Source: Pseudomonadota bacterium
Lineage (GTDB): Bacteria; Desulfobacterota; Syntrophia; Syntrophales; UBA5619
Direction of reading: 5' to 3'
Assembly: GCA_018819165.1 (NCBI GenBank)
Contig: JAHJQP010000020.1
Coordinates: 1-44,228 of the forward strand
DNA length: 44,228 nt
The notes below the pieces were generated by a model. It saw nothing but the letters and a program-made list of their open reading frames with translations, searched no databases and was not told the origin of the DNA. The position numbers were made by a program, and so were the translations under genes. The first letter of the stretch is position 1. Each line of letters opens with the position of its first letter. Of the stretch, positions 34,920 through 44,228 are shown piece by piece.

Positions 34920-37064
34920 ATGCTCCGCATAAACGACATCCTGGATAAGGTCCAGTCATATCTCTTACCCTCCGAACTGGAGATGATCGAAAAAGCATAC
35001 ATCTTTTCCGCCTCCGTTCATCAGGAGCAGATCCGTCTCTCCGGCGAACCCTATCTGACCCATCCCATGGAGGTCTGCGGAATCCTGGCCCAAATGAAAC
35101 TCGATGCGGCGACGCTCGTGACCGGCCTCCTCCACGACACGTTGGAGAATACCCTAGCCACGCCGGAGCAGATCGAGGATGCCTTCGGAAAGGATGTGGC
35201 GTTTCTCGTCGACGGGCTGACAAAGATCAGCAAGATCACCCTCGGCAATCAGGAGGAAAGACAGGCGGAAAATTTCCGGAAGATGATCTTAGCCATGTCC
35301 TCCGACATCCGCATCCTCCTCGTGCGTCTGGCGGATCGCATCCACAACATGAGGACCCTCGAGTTCCAGTCGCCGGAGAGGCAGATCTACATCTCCAAGG
35401 AGTCCCTGGAACTGTACGCCCCCCTGGCCAATCGTCTGGGAATCAACTGGATGAAGATGGAATTAGAGGACCTCTCCTTCCGCTATCTCGATTTCGAGGC
35501 CTATAACGATCTCGCCAGGCGGGTGGTGAAGAAGAAAGAAAAACGGGAGGAATATACGCAAGAGGTCAACGGGATCATTAGCCGGGAGCTGGATCGTTTC
35601 GGGCTCAAGGGAGAGGTCGAGGGAAGAGCGAAGCATTTTTACAGCATCTATCAAAAGATGAAAGAGCAGCACATAGATTTCGACGAAGTCTATGATCTGA
35701 CGGCCTTCCGGATCATTCTGGACTCGGACAAGGAGAAGGACTGCTATGAAGCGCTGAGCATCGTCCACGCCCTCTGGAAGCCGGTCCCCGGGAGGTTCAA
35801 GGATTACATTGCGATGCCGAAGGCCAACCATTACCAGTCCCTCCATACGACGATGATCGGACCGTACGGAGAACGTCTCGAGATCCAGATCCGGACACGG
35901 GCGATGCATGAGTGGGCGGAAGAGGGAATCGCCGCCCACTGGCGCTATAAGGAAGGCAGGGCTTTGTCCAGCGATGATGGGGATCAGATCAAGAAGCTCC
36001 GAGATCTGTTGGACGCCCAGCAGGAGATCGAGAATCCGCGCGAGTTCATGTCCAACCTCAAAGTGGCCCTCTTCCCGGAGGAAGTTTATGTGTTTACGCC
36101 AAACGGGGATGTGAGGTCCTTTCCGAAAGGGGCAACGCCCATCGATTTTGCCTACAGTATCCACACGGATATCGGCAATCAATGTATCGGCGCCAAGGTA
36201 AACCGGAGCATCGTCCCTCTGAAGTATCAGCTGAAGAATGGGGATACGGTAGAGATAATCACCCAGGCGGGACACCATCCCAGCAAGGACTGGCTGAAAT
36301 TCGTGGTCACCTCTCGTGCGATTGCGAAAATCAGGTACTGGGTCAAGACCGAAGAGCGGAAGAGAAGCCTTGCCCTTGGCCGGGATCTCCTGGAAAAGGA
36401 GTTCAAAAAACATCACCTGAAATTCGGACAGATCGCCAAATCTTCGAAAATGGCCGAGATCTACGCTGAATATCATATCGATTCCCTGGACGATCTGATG
36501 GCTGGCGTCGGTTACGGGAAGGTGTCTCCGAAGCATGTCGTCCATCATTTCCTGCCGGAGGAAGAAACCAAGAAAGAAACAACGGTCGCCAGGACCAGGA
36601 AAAAGGGTGCGGAAACGGCGCCCGTCGGCGTGTCGTTGACGGGGATCGAGGATATCATGGTCCGGTTCGGGAAGTGCTGCGATCCCATACCCGGGGACGA
36701 GATCACCGGGTATATCTCGCGCGGCAGGGGGATTACCGTTCATACGGCCAATTGCGCACATATCCGGGAGATGGACCCAGACCGGCTGGTCGATGTCCAA
36801 TGGGAGATCCGCGAAAAAAGGGAATATCCGGTGCAGATGCGGATCATCGGCAACGACAAGAAGGGGCTCCTGGCTGATATCAGCTCCGCCATAACTTCTG
36901 TTGATGTCAACATCACCCATGCGGAGATCAATATCTCACAGGATGGCGAGGCTATCTGCGATTTCGCTGTCAATGTGAATGATCTCCATCAGTTCAACAA
37001 GGTCATTACGGCGGTCAAGAAAGTGCGGGAGGTCATCTCCGTGGAGAGACTCTGGCGGCCATGA
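34920..37064 (+). CDS. relA: Bifunctional (p)ppGpp synthetase/hydrolase (RelA/SpoT homolog)
   Basis: HD domain (HPMEV...HD), synthetase region (YQSLHTT), and TGS and ACT domains. Confidence 0.95.
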   Translation: MLRINDILDKVQSYLLPSELEMIEKAYIFSASVHQEQIRLSGEPYLTHPMEVCGILAQMKLDAATLVTGLLHDTLENTLATPEQIEDAFGKDVAFLVDGLTKISKITLGNQEERQAENFRKMILAMSSDIRILLVRLADRIHNMRTLEFQSPERQIYISKESLELYAPLANRLGINWMKMELEDLSFRYLDFEAYNDLARRVVKKKEKREEYTQEVNGIISRELDRFGLKGEVEGRAKHFYSIYQKMKEQHIDFDEVYDLTAFRIILDSDKEKDCYEALSIVHALWKPVPGRFKDYIAMPKANHYQSLHTTMIGPYGERLEIQIRTRAMHEWAEEGIAAHWRYKEGRALSSDDGDQIKKLRDLLDAQQEIENPREFMSNLKVALFPEEVYVFTPNGDVRSFPKGATPIDFAYSIHTDIGNQCIGAKVNRSIVPLKYQLKNGDTVEIITQAGHHPSKDWLKFVVTSRAIAKIRYWVKTEERKRSLALGRDLLEKEFKKHHLKFGQIAKSSKMAEIYAEYHIDSLDDLMAGVGYGKVSPKHVVHHFLPEEETKKETTVARTRKKGAETAPVGVSLTGIEDIMVRFGKCCDPIPGDEITGYISRGRGITVHTANCAHIREMDPDRLVDVQWEIREKREYPVQMRIIGNDKKGLLADISSAITSVDVNITHAEINISQDGEAICDFAVNVNDLHQFNKVITAVKKVREVISVERLWRP

Positions 37065-37170
37065 GATGGAAGCGGCAGGGGCGAGGTTTTACGATGATAA
37101 GAATTGACAGCCAAAGACCGTTTGCTGTAAGAACCACCTGCCGTGGAATGATCTGATTGGAAAGGAATCA

Positions 37171-37881
37171 ATGGAATTCATGAATGGATGTCGTCGGAAA
37201 TTTTGGATTCTCCCTGTGGCCATCATCCTGTGTTGCCTCTTTGCCATGACGGCGGCGGCCGCTCAGCCGAATCGGCATACCGTCCTGATCGATCCCGCCC
37301 ATGGAGGCGAGGATACAGGGGTGGTGTCGGATAAGCTCCGGGAGAAGGACCTGACCATGAACCTTGCCCTATTGATCCGCCAGGAGGCGCGAAAAACGGC
37401 GGACCTGCAGATCCAGCTGACCCGTAACGCCGACAGGAAGATGACTATTGCAGAGAGGATCAACGCAGTCGGTACGGTCAAATCGGATTGCCTGATCAGC
37501 CTGCATGTCAATGCCGGATTCGGGAAAAAGGCCACCGGCTATGAGGTCTATTTCCCTGGTTTCAGGCAAACCGTTGCCGGTGGCGGAGACTCCGCCGCTA
37601 TCCTTAAGGATATGGCAAAAAACAAGCACCTCAACGATTCCGTGAGACTCGCGCAGCAGATCCAATCCAGTCTCGAGAAGGTTTTTCCCCGCAAGGGGCG
37701 CGGGCTGCGCGATGCACCCTGCCCGCTTCTGGACGGGCTTAATGTTCCCGGGCTGGTCGTGGAGATCGGCTTTGCGACCAATCCGGAAGACCGGAAAAGC
37801 CTGAACGAAGAAGAGACGCAACGGGCCGTCGCCCAGGCGCTGGTAAGGGGGCTGCAGGCCTATTTTCAGAAAGGGCCGTGA
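37171..37881 (+). CDS. N-acetylmuramoyl-L-alanine amidase (Amidase_3)
   Basis: Signal peptide. Motifs VLIDPAHGGEDTG, SLHVNA and EIGFATN. Confidence 0.85.
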   Translation: MEFMNGCRRKFWILPVAIILCCLFAMTAAAAQPNRHTVLIDPAHGGEDTGVVSDKLREKDLTMNLALLIRQEARKTADLQIQLTRNADRKMTIAERINAVGTVKSDCLISLHVNAGFGKKATGYEVYFPGFRQTVAGGGDSAAILKDMAKNKHLNDSVRLAQQIQSSLEKVFPRKGRGLRDAPCPLLDGLNVPGLVVEIGFATNPEDRKSLNEEETQRAVAQALVRGLQAYFQKGP

Positions 37882-37905
37882 AGGGGTGCTCACTCCTCAC
37901 ATTTT

Positions 37906-38574
37906 TTGCGGCGGGCTGACAAAAATACAGCGGAACATCCTCGGGAGTCTGGACTGAAAAAGATCGTATTTGCCTCACGGAACAGGGGAAAGATAAAAGA
38001 GATCCGGGCCATGCTCGCGGACCTCGGGATGAGACTCCTTTCTTTGAACGATTTCCCTGATATTCCTGAGATCGTAGAAGACGGAGAGAGCTTTCTGGAA
38101 AATGCGCTAAAAAAGGCGCGGACTGTTGCGGAACTGACGGGAGAGAACGTCCTTGCCGACGATTCCGGTCTGGAGGTGAAGGCCCTGAAAGGGGCGCCCG
38201 GAATCTATTCCTCGCGGTATGCCGGCAACGGGGCGGATGATGAGAAGAACATCAGGAAGCTGCTGAAAGACATGAAGGGAGTCCCCCCCGAAGAAAGGGA
38301 GGCTGCTTTTCGGTGCGCTCTCGTTCTCTACCGGCCCGATGGGCATTATGAAACCTTTGAGGGACGTTGGGAAGGAAGGATTGCGGAAGCGCCGATTGGC
38401 CGGGAAGGGTTCGGATACGATCCTGTTTTTTCCCTGCCGGAGTTGGGATTGACCGTGGCCGAACTTTCTCCCGAGGTCAAGAACCGGATCAGCCATCGGG
38501 CCCAGGCCTTTGAAAAGTTGAAGGAGAGGCTCAGAGAAGAGATAGGGAAAACGGGGCGTAGCGCAGTCCGGTAG
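37906..38574 (+). CDS. rdgB: Non-canonical purine NTP pyrophosphatase (RdgB/HAM1 family)
   Basis: Contains IVFASRNRGKIKEI, DDSGLEV and GFGYDPVF. The start is uncertain (TTG 37906). The 3' end runs 23 nt into tRNA-Pro. Confidence 0.85.
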   Translation: MRRADKNTAEHPRESGLKKIVFASRNRGKIKEIRAMLADLGMRLLSLNDFPDIPEIVEDGESFLENALKKARTVAELTGENVLADDSGLEVKALKGAPGIYSSRYAGNGADDEKNIRKLLKDMKGVPPEEREAAFRCALVLYRPDGHYETFEGRWEGRIAEAPIGREGFGYDPVFSLPELGLTVAELSPEVKNRISHRAQAFEKLKERLREEIGKTGRSAVR

Positions 38575-38628
38575 CGCACCTGCTTTGGGAGCAGGATGTC
38601 GCAGGTTCAAATCCTGCCGCCCCGACCA
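38552..38628 (+). tRNA. tRNA-Pro (anticodon UGG)
   Basis: Manual cloverleaf: CGGGGCG acceptor, GCGC D-stem, CCTGC-TTTGGGA-GCAGG anticodon arm, GCAGG-TTCAAAT-CCTGC T-arm, encoded CCA. Confidence 0.95.
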
Positions 38629-38689
38629 GAAATATCACCGTACCTCCGGCTTTGCTTGAGATACGGTGACATTTCCCTGAGTGCTGGAA

Positions 38690-40060
38690 TCAGTCGAATG
38701 ACTTCAGAATGCCCTTGAGGACCTCTTCAATTTCCTTTCGGATGGAGGCGAGACGGGCTTCCGTGGCCGCCTCGAAGCGCAGCACCAGGACGGGCTGGGT
38801 GTTGGAGGCGCGCAGCAGTCCCCACCCGTCGCCGAAAGAAACCCGCACGCCGTCGATCGTGATGATGTCGTGGGTTTTGCGGAAGTGATCCCGGACGGCC
38901 TCGACGACGCCGAACTTGATCCGGTCCGGACAATCCACCCGTATCTCGGGGGTCGCAAAAGTCTTGGGGACGTCGGCCAGGAGATCGCTCAGCCGCTTCC
39001 CCGATTCGGAGAGGATCTCCAGCAGGCGGACGGTGGCATAGATCGCATCATCATAGCCGAAATACCGATCGGCAAAGAAAATGTGGCCGCTCATCTCTCC
39101 CGCGAGGAGGGCCTTCTCCTCCTTCATCTTCCCCTTGATCAGGGAATGGCCCGCCTTCCACATGATCGCCTTTCCACCGTTCTTCGCGATATCGTCGTAG
39201 AGTTTCTGCGAGCATTTCACCTCGCCGATGATGGTGGCGCCGGGGTTGCTCTTCAGGATAAAGCGGGAAAAAAGCAGGAGAAGCTCATCGCCCCAGAGGA
39301 TCACTCCCCGGTCGGTGATCACCCCGATCCGGTCCGCGTCTCCATCATAGGCGATTCCGACATCGGCTTTCTCATCTTGGACGATACGGATCAGCTCCCG
39401 GAGATTTTCCGGGATCGTCGGATCGGGGAAATGGTGGGGGAACCTTCCGTCAGGATCGCAATAGATGTCCGCAACCCGGCAACCGAAACGCTTCAGGAGG
39501 GGTAGCGCGAAGAACCCTCCCACACCGTTCCCCCCGTCGACGGCAACCTTCATGCCCTCGTGGATGACCACGTTCTGGAAAAGATAATCCTCATAGGCAC
39601 GCGCGATATCCACCCGATCAAGACAGCCGGCGCCGGCACTGATGTAGGCCGCACCTTCGATGATCCTGCGCAGTTGCTGGATCTCCTCCCCATATATCGT
39701 GTCGGGACCGATGCAAATCTTGAAGCCGTTAAAGTCCGGAGGATTATGGCTTCCCGTGACCATCACGCCACCGTCCGCCTGGAGATGGCGGATCGAGAAG
39801 TAGAGCATGGGGGTGGCGCAAAGGCCCACGTCGATCATATCGATCCCCGCGGTCATGATGCCCCTTCCGACGGCCTCATGATAGGTCTCCGAACTGAGGC
39901 GGCAATCCCTGCCCAGCGTCATCTTTCGGACCCCTTGACGAAAGGCATAGGTCCCGATGGCGCGGCCCAGGCGATAAACAAAATCCGGGGTCAGATCTTT
40001 ATCCACGATGCCCCGTACGTCATATTCGCGAAAAACCTCAGGATTCATTTCTGTCATCAT
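38690..40060 (-). CDS. Phosphomannomutase/phosphoglucomutase
   Basis: Contains FREYDVRG, the active-site region TGSHNPPDFNG, and DGDADR. The start is uncertain (ATG 40060/40057/40048, or TTG 40099). Confidence 0.88.
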   Translation of the reverse strand: MMTEMNPEVFREYDVRGIVDKDLTPDFVYRLGRAIGTYAFRQGVRKMTLGRDCRLSSETYHEAVGRGIMTAGIDMIDVGLCATPMLYFSIRHLQADGGVMVTGSHNPPDFNGFKICIGPDTIYGEEIQQLRRIIEGAAYISAGAGCLDRVDIARAYEDYLFQNVVIHEGMKVAVDGGNGVGGFFALPLLKRFGCRVADIYCDPDGRFPHHFPDPTIPENLRELIRIVQDEKADVGIAYDGDADRIGVITDRGVILWGDELLLLFSRFILKSNPGATIIGEVKCSQKLYDDIAKNGGKAIMWKAGHSLIKGKMKEEKALLAGEMSGHIFFADRYFGYDDAIYATVRLLEILSESGKRLSDLLADVPKTFATPEIRVDCPDRIKFGVVEAVRDHFRKTHDIITIDGVRVSFGDGWGLLRASNTQPVLVLRFEAATEARLASIRKEIEEVLKGILKSFD

Positions 40061-40226
40061 CAATGTGAGGCATGAGGTGTGAAACGGGATCAGTTTCAAA
40101 CCCTTTGTGATTCCGATTGGGTCATGGGTTATCTTGCACTAAAAATTCATCAGGAGAACCTTCGTCGAGAGAAGGAGAAAGTGCCTGTTTAAACGCCCGC
40201 ATACTAATCGCTATGGCCATTTTCTG

Positions 40227-41126
40227 TCAAGAAAAGAATGAGTCATAAGATGAGAGGCGTCCGGTCAGATAGTCGGAGTGCAGTGTTCTCCGGATGACGC
40301 GACCCTCCCTCCATTCCGGCAGGCGGTAATCCATCACTATCTCGAGAAAGCGGATGATGATGTTGAAGGTTGCCCCCCAGAGGATCTCCTCCCCGCCGCC
40401 GGCGTCGCGGTGGATGAGACACGGGAATTGAAGGGATTTCGGTTCGCCTGGTTCGGCCTGGTCGGCAGCTTCGATGGCGTAGCAGCCGATAAGTTCATCC
40501 CGGTAAAAGGAGGTCAAGGGTATTTTCAGGATCTTTTCGACCTCGTCATTCGGGCGGAGCAAGCCGGGGTTTTCAATAAAGCCCGCAAGAGGAAAGATCG
40601 TCCGCCGGAAAAGGGTCAGGCTGTAGGTCGGTAGAGGACCGAGAAACGAGACGTGGCAGGGGGAAAGCCGGATCTCTTCCCAGGATTCGCGCAGGGCGTT
40701 CGTCAGAAAAAGGGTGATGATCCGGAAGGCTTCCCGGTCTCGAGTGGCTGCATATCTGCGTGCCGCGCCGCGAAGGATGGGGAAGGGGCCGTAGATGAGC
40801 AGAAGCCTCAGAAAATCGTCCACAAGGGGGTGGAGCATGCCCCCGGGGAAACTCAGATCACCCGGTTGCGGGACATGCGGGGAGCGTTTTATCAGCTGAA
40901 AATAAAACTCTCCCTCGTCAGAGAGCCTTTCCGGCGATGATTCGCGAAAGACGAGCGGGAGCAGAACCCCCGCCGCGCGGCGGAATAAAGCCGTTTTTTG
41001 AGCGGCGGCGATCTGCTGTATGGTTTCCTGAAAATCGGAAGGATGCGTTCCGAGTCTTTCGATAACCCGTGCCAGAAATTCTTCCCGGCGTGTCAGGAGT
41101 CCGGGAGCGGCGGTCGGAATGCTCAT
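40227..41126 (-). CDS. Nudix-like (CoA pyrophosphatase-like) protein with an atypically spaced Nudix box
   Basis: LSFPGGML is followed about 45 aa later by ALRESWEEIRL. The start overlaps the upstream hydrolase gene end (ATGA). Confidence 0.5.
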   Translation of the reverse strand: MSIPTAAPGLLTRREEFLARVIERLGTHPSDFQETIQQIAAAQKTALFRRAAGVLLPLVFRESSPERLSDEGEFYFQLIKRSPHVPQPGDLSFPGGMLHPLVDDFLRLLLIYGPFPILRGAARRYAATRDREAFRIITLFLTNALRESWEEIRLSPCHVSFLGPLPTYSLTLFRRTIFPLAGFIENPGLLRPNDEVEKILKIPLTSFYRDELIGCYAIEAADQAEPGEPKSLQFPCLIHRDAGGGEEILWGATFNIIIRFLEIVMDYRLPEWREGRVIRRTLHSDYLTGRLSSYDSFFS

Positions 41127-42100
41127 CTTTCCTCCAGGTTATCCAATGTTTCGCCGATTCGCCTTTCATACCAGCACCCCCGGGGGAAGGGGTCCAGAAA
41201 TCCGCAGTGCCCGCCTTGTTTCTGGAGGGATATTTGAAGAAATCCGTTTGCGGAAAGATGACGGTAATCTTCCACAGGAACGACGGGATCATCTGCGGAG
41301 GCGAAGATCACAACCGGCATGGCGAGGGGGGCGAGAAAATTTCCCGTCAGGGTGTAGAGCCGGAAATAGTCGCGGTAATGACCGAACTCCGTGTAATAGG
41401 GCATGATGGCCTCCGTCAGTCCCATGCACGTTTTGTGATGAAGGATCTCGTCAAAGTGATAGAGGTCGGGAAAACAGAGCTGCTTTGCCCGGAGAGAGCG
41501 TTTCCACTTGGTCATAAAATAATGGCGATAGACAGGGAGTCCGGCATCGATAGCAAGGGTCGATTTATAGGGATCGAGAGCGGGACTGATACAGAATACC
41601 TGCCGAAGATTGGGAATAGGGGAGTAGGATTGACGGAGGGCGATCCGGAGGGTAAAATTTCCTCCCAGTGAAAACCCGATGAGATAACAGGGTCGCTTCG
41701 GGAGCAGACGGGCAATTTGGCTCACCGCCCGGGCGGTTTCCTCCGTCAGGGCGCCGTGGAAAAGTTCCCGGTTGAGGTGATGGCTACTCCCGTGGTCCCT
41801 CAGGTTCAGACGGAAGATGTCGTATCCCCGGCGGTAAAAGAAGCGCCCCGTCGAGAGGATATAGGTGGAGTCGGCGCTGCCCTCCCATCCGTGCAGGAGG
41901 ATGATGATGCCCTTTGCCGGCCGCAACGCCTGCCGGGAGAGGTAGCCCAGGAGCCGAGCGCCGTTGCCGCCATCAACGATCATCTCCTGCGCCGCGTCGG
42001 ACATCTCGTTTTTCCCCCGGACCCGCAGACTCAGGCTGCCGAAGATGGTCTGGAGGTGGGGGTTTCTTGCCCACCAGACTGGTTTGAACAGATCCTCCAT
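41123..42100 (-). CDS. Alpha/beta-fold hydrolase (YheT/ABHD-like)
   Basis: Contains LLHGWEGSADSTY and the nucleophile elbow GFSLGGN. Confidence 0.8.
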   Translation of the reverse strand: MEDLFKPVWWARNPHLQTIFGSLSLRVRGKNEMSDAAQEMIVDGGNGARLLGYLSRQALRPAKGIIILLHGWEGSADSTYILSTGRFFYRRGYDIFRLNLRDHGSSHHLNRELFHGALTEETARAVSQIARLLPKRPCYLIGFSLGGNFTLRIALRQSYSPIPNLRQVFCISPALDPYKSTLAIDAGLPVYRHYFMTKWKRSLRAKQLCFPDLYHFDEILHHKTCMGLTEAIMPYYTEFGHYRDYFRLYTLTGNFLAPLAMPVVIFASADDPVVPVEDYRHLSANGFLQISLQKQGGHCGFLDPFPRGCWYERRIGETLDNLEER

Positions 42101-42155
42101 GTTGCCTCATCGTGAATACGCAAAAGCCCGGCCAGGACCGAGCTTTTGTTATGTA

Positions 42156-42232
42156 TGGTGGCGGTGCAGGGAATCGAACCCCGGACACTACGGATATGAG
42201 CCGTATGCTCTAACCGGCTGAGCTACACCGCC
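42156..42232 (-). tRNA. tRNA-Met (anticodon CAU); an elongator type, or possibly a lysidine-modified tRNA-Ile2
   Basis: The reverse complement folds as GGCGGTG acceptor, GCTC D-stem, TACGG-CTCATAT-CCGTA anticodon arm, CGGGG-TTCGATT-CCCTG T-arm, encoded CCA. G1-C72 is paired, so it is not an initiator. Confidence 0.92.
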
Positions 42233-42347
42233 AGGGCGTTCGCTGGCGCCGCAAAATAGGGTCATTGGCCGCATGATCCTGCGGGGCGCCCTTTGGGCTT
42301 CGAGAAAGCGCGCACCAATTATAACAGTTTTCCCCGATTGTCAATCC

Positions 42348-44051
42348 CTATTGCCCCTTCAAGTCGTAGGCGACGATCACGCTCCTGTCCCGAATGGTTC
42401 CGCCCACGGTGAGGACGAGGGCGAGAACCACCTCATTCTTCCCGTCGTTGTCGATGTCCTTGAACTGATAATCTGCGACATAGCCATTGATCTTTTTTGT
42501 CCGCCAGTTTTCGACCATCCCCATCCCGTCCCACTCCAGATTATAGACCTCACCTGAGCTGAAGAGCTTGATGTGCTGAAACAGGCGCGCGGAAGAGGAG
42601 GAGTTTTTCACGATGATGATCTCCCGCTTGCCGTCCTGATTCGTATCGTAGGTGAGGATCCTCAGATTGATGTAGCTGATTTCGTTGGCATTCTCCGCCT
42701 TTTGGTCTGCACCCTTGTTCATGGGTTCGATATAGGTGTTGCTGCCGCCGAAGACCTCTTCACTCTTCCAGACGAGTTCATCGCTGCCGCCTATCACGGT
42801 GACTTTGGAAAGGGGCTTGTCCGTCTGCTCGAAAACGCGGAGGTAGTCCCAATCGTCCAGCGCGATGACCCTTTCCGTTCCGCCCGCCCCGAGTTTGTCC
42901 AGAGTCAGGCCGTAGACGGAGAGACCCTGGGGGATCCTCATCTTCCGACCCTCGCGGTAAGCCCCGTTCTGCCAGACGATTTCGTAAATCGGGGTGTCGA
43001 AGGTTTTTTCCATGCCTCGTCTCTGGCCAAGGAGAAGGGGTGTCCCGGAGGCATTGTCGATGACCCTCAGAAACCAGGGAAGACTGGAGGCGATCGTGAT
43101 GAATTTTCCTTCTTTGAATTCCATGATGAAAGATGTGACCTGCTGGCCGGTATAGCTCGAAACGATGATCTCCTTGACGCCGTTCCCATTGATATCGGCG
43201 ACGTCAACGCCGATGTAGTTGTCGTAGGACTTTCCGGGGATCTGCTGGATCAGGTTGAACTCACCCCCTTTTTTCTGGTAGATAAACACGGTGTGGGGAT
43301 CGATGATGACGGTTTCGTTCAGACCGTCCCCGTTGACATCTCCTATGTCCATACCTCTGAATTCATTCGGAAACTGTTTGCTTTTCCAGAATGTCTCCCG
43401 ATTGAGAGGCTGTTCGGCATTGATGAAATCGGGGTTGATCGTCGAGGTGAAAGTGCCCTTCCGGCTGCCCTTCATTCCGGAGATGATCTCCGCTTCGCGC
43501 GTGCTTTGGGGCGTCGCCGGCCGGCGGGAAACGATAATCTCCTTGGACGTCGGCGAGGAGAGAGCGGTCTGGGGGACTTCCCCCGTGATATGGATTGCGA
43601 TCCGCTGGGCAAAGTCGCTGATCTTTGGGATAACCTCGTCCATGTTCTGGGTCTGCGCAACGAACCCCACGGCCGATTTGTTGGAGGCGATATCGACCAG
43701 CTTGCCGTCGATGCTCAGACTGTTGCCGATCTTCGTGATGCTTCCCCAGACCACAAAGTCCGCTTTCAGTTTCTGTCCCAGGGCATAAACGTCGGAAAGG
43801 GAAAGTCCCCCGCCCCCGACTTCCTTCAGCGCGGCAAGGACGCTGTCCCTCCCGACAACTTCAATTTTCTCGTTGACGGAGATGCGCGAGGCAAGCATGT
43901 CCCCGATCCCCTGCTGCAGGTAATCTATGTTTTCCGCACTGTGGACGGCAAAAGGCAATACGGCGACCACGTCCTTATCCTTAGCCCCGACAGGCTGAAC
44001 TGCTCCGATGAGACATATCAGCAATACCATCCCTTTGAAGAGATTTTTCAT
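42348..44051 (-). CDS. Exported FG-GAP/VCBS-repeat protein with an N-terminal LpoB/CsgG-like domain
   Basis: Signal peptide MKNLFKGMVLLICLIGAVQPVGA. Repeated Ca-binding-like DxNxDGxxE motifs (DVNGDGLNE, DINGNGVKE, DTNQDGKRE, DIDNDGKNE). AAGGGGGA RBS before ATG 44051. Confidence 0.8.
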   Translation of the reverse strand: MKNLFKGMVLLICLIGAVQPVGAKDKDVVAVLPFAVHSAENIDYLQQGIGDMLASRISVNEKIEVVGRDSVLAALKEVGGGGLSLSDVYALGQKLKADFVVWGSITKIGNSLSIDGKLVDIASNKSAVGFVAQTQNMDEVIPKISDFAQRIAIHITGEVPQTALSSPTSKEIIVSRRPATPQSTREAEIISGMKGSRKGTFTSTINPDFINAEQPLNRETFWKSKQFPNEFRGMDIGDVNGDGLNETVIIDPHTVFIYQKKGGEFNLIQQIPGKSYDNYIGVDVADINGNGVKEIIVSSYTGQQVTSFIMEFKEGKFITIASSLPWFLRVIDNASGTPLLLGQRRGMEKTFDTPIYEIVWQNGAYREGRKMRIPQGLSVYGLTLDKLGAGGTERVIALDDWDYLRVFEQTDKPLSKVTVIGGSDELVWKSEEVFGGSNTYIEPMNKGADQKAENANEISYINLRILTYDTNQDGKREIIIVKNSSSSARLFQHIKLFSSGEVYNLEWDGMGMVENWRTKKINGYVADYQFKDIDNDGKNEVVLALVLTVGGTIRDRSVIVAYDLKGQ

Positions 44052-44228
44052 TATCCATCCCCCTTTATGAAATCGATCCAAACTACTTTAGTTTGGTTTC
44101 TAACACGGCGGAAAGCAGAATTCAACATGGATTTGGTCGACCTCTCGGGACTCAAGGAGGGGGAAGGGGAGAGGACTGTCTGCCATAGCGTAAAATCCTT
44201 GACTCCGATCTCCACTCATAATACATTA

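Noticed and set aside
42156-42232. tRNA(CAU) considered as the initiator tRNA-fMet.
   Set aside because: Position 1-72 is a paired G-C. The anticodon stem (TACGG/CCGTA) lacks the three consecutive G-C pairs typical of bacterial initiators. It is therefore an elongator Met or an Ile2-type tRNA.

Overview
This is a 44.2-kb bacterial chromosomal window with two very different parts. Positions 1-4658 are an accessory region. Positions 4659-44228 are GC-rich, densely packed housekeeping DNA. By gene content and order it looks like an anaerobic Desulfobacterota/deltaproteobacterial-type genome, but that is inference only.

Accessory region:
- Positions about 200-3740 are visibly AT-rich and carry four minus-strand ORFs with no confident function.
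- These ORFs are bracketed by integron-type recombination signatures: GTTAGGC/GCCTAAC and GTTGTGT/ACACAAC core boxes, and two attC-like bulged hairpins at 1724-1786 and 144-199.
- No integrase gene is present in the window, so I read this as a CALIN-like cassette array made of two two-gene modules.
- Module 1 is a Tiki/TraB-like small protein plus a secreted coiled-coil protein. Module 2 is a Lar-like zinc-ribbon fusion protein plus an unknown 223-aa protein.
- A decayed type I restriction-modification locus follows: an HsdS C-terminal fragment translationally coupled to an intact RhuM-family gene.
- This cassette and defence-island remnant is my best candidate for an undescribed system.

Core region:
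- A minus-strand operon encodes a BKACE enzyme, 2-oxoacid:ferredoxin oxidoreductase beta and gamma subunits with no alpha subunit, and a GltD-like flavoprotein-ferredoxin fusion.
- Next come lpxH, a Mut7-C protein, mogA/moaB, a divergent EF-G paralog, an M23 peptidase, secA and argJ.
- The conserved block rpsB-tsf-pyrH-frr-uppS-cdsA-dxr-rseP-tsaB follows.
- Then psd-pssA, asd-rsmD-coaD-aspartate aminotransferase, a PurF-like protein lacking the catalytic Cys, ispG, proS, relA/spoT, an amidase and rdgB.
- The window ends with tRNA-Pro, a phosphomannomutase, a Nudix-like protein and alpha/beta hydrolase pair, tRNA-Met(CAU) and an FG-GAP repeat exported protein.

No CRISPR array, rRNA gene, transposase or integrase was seen.
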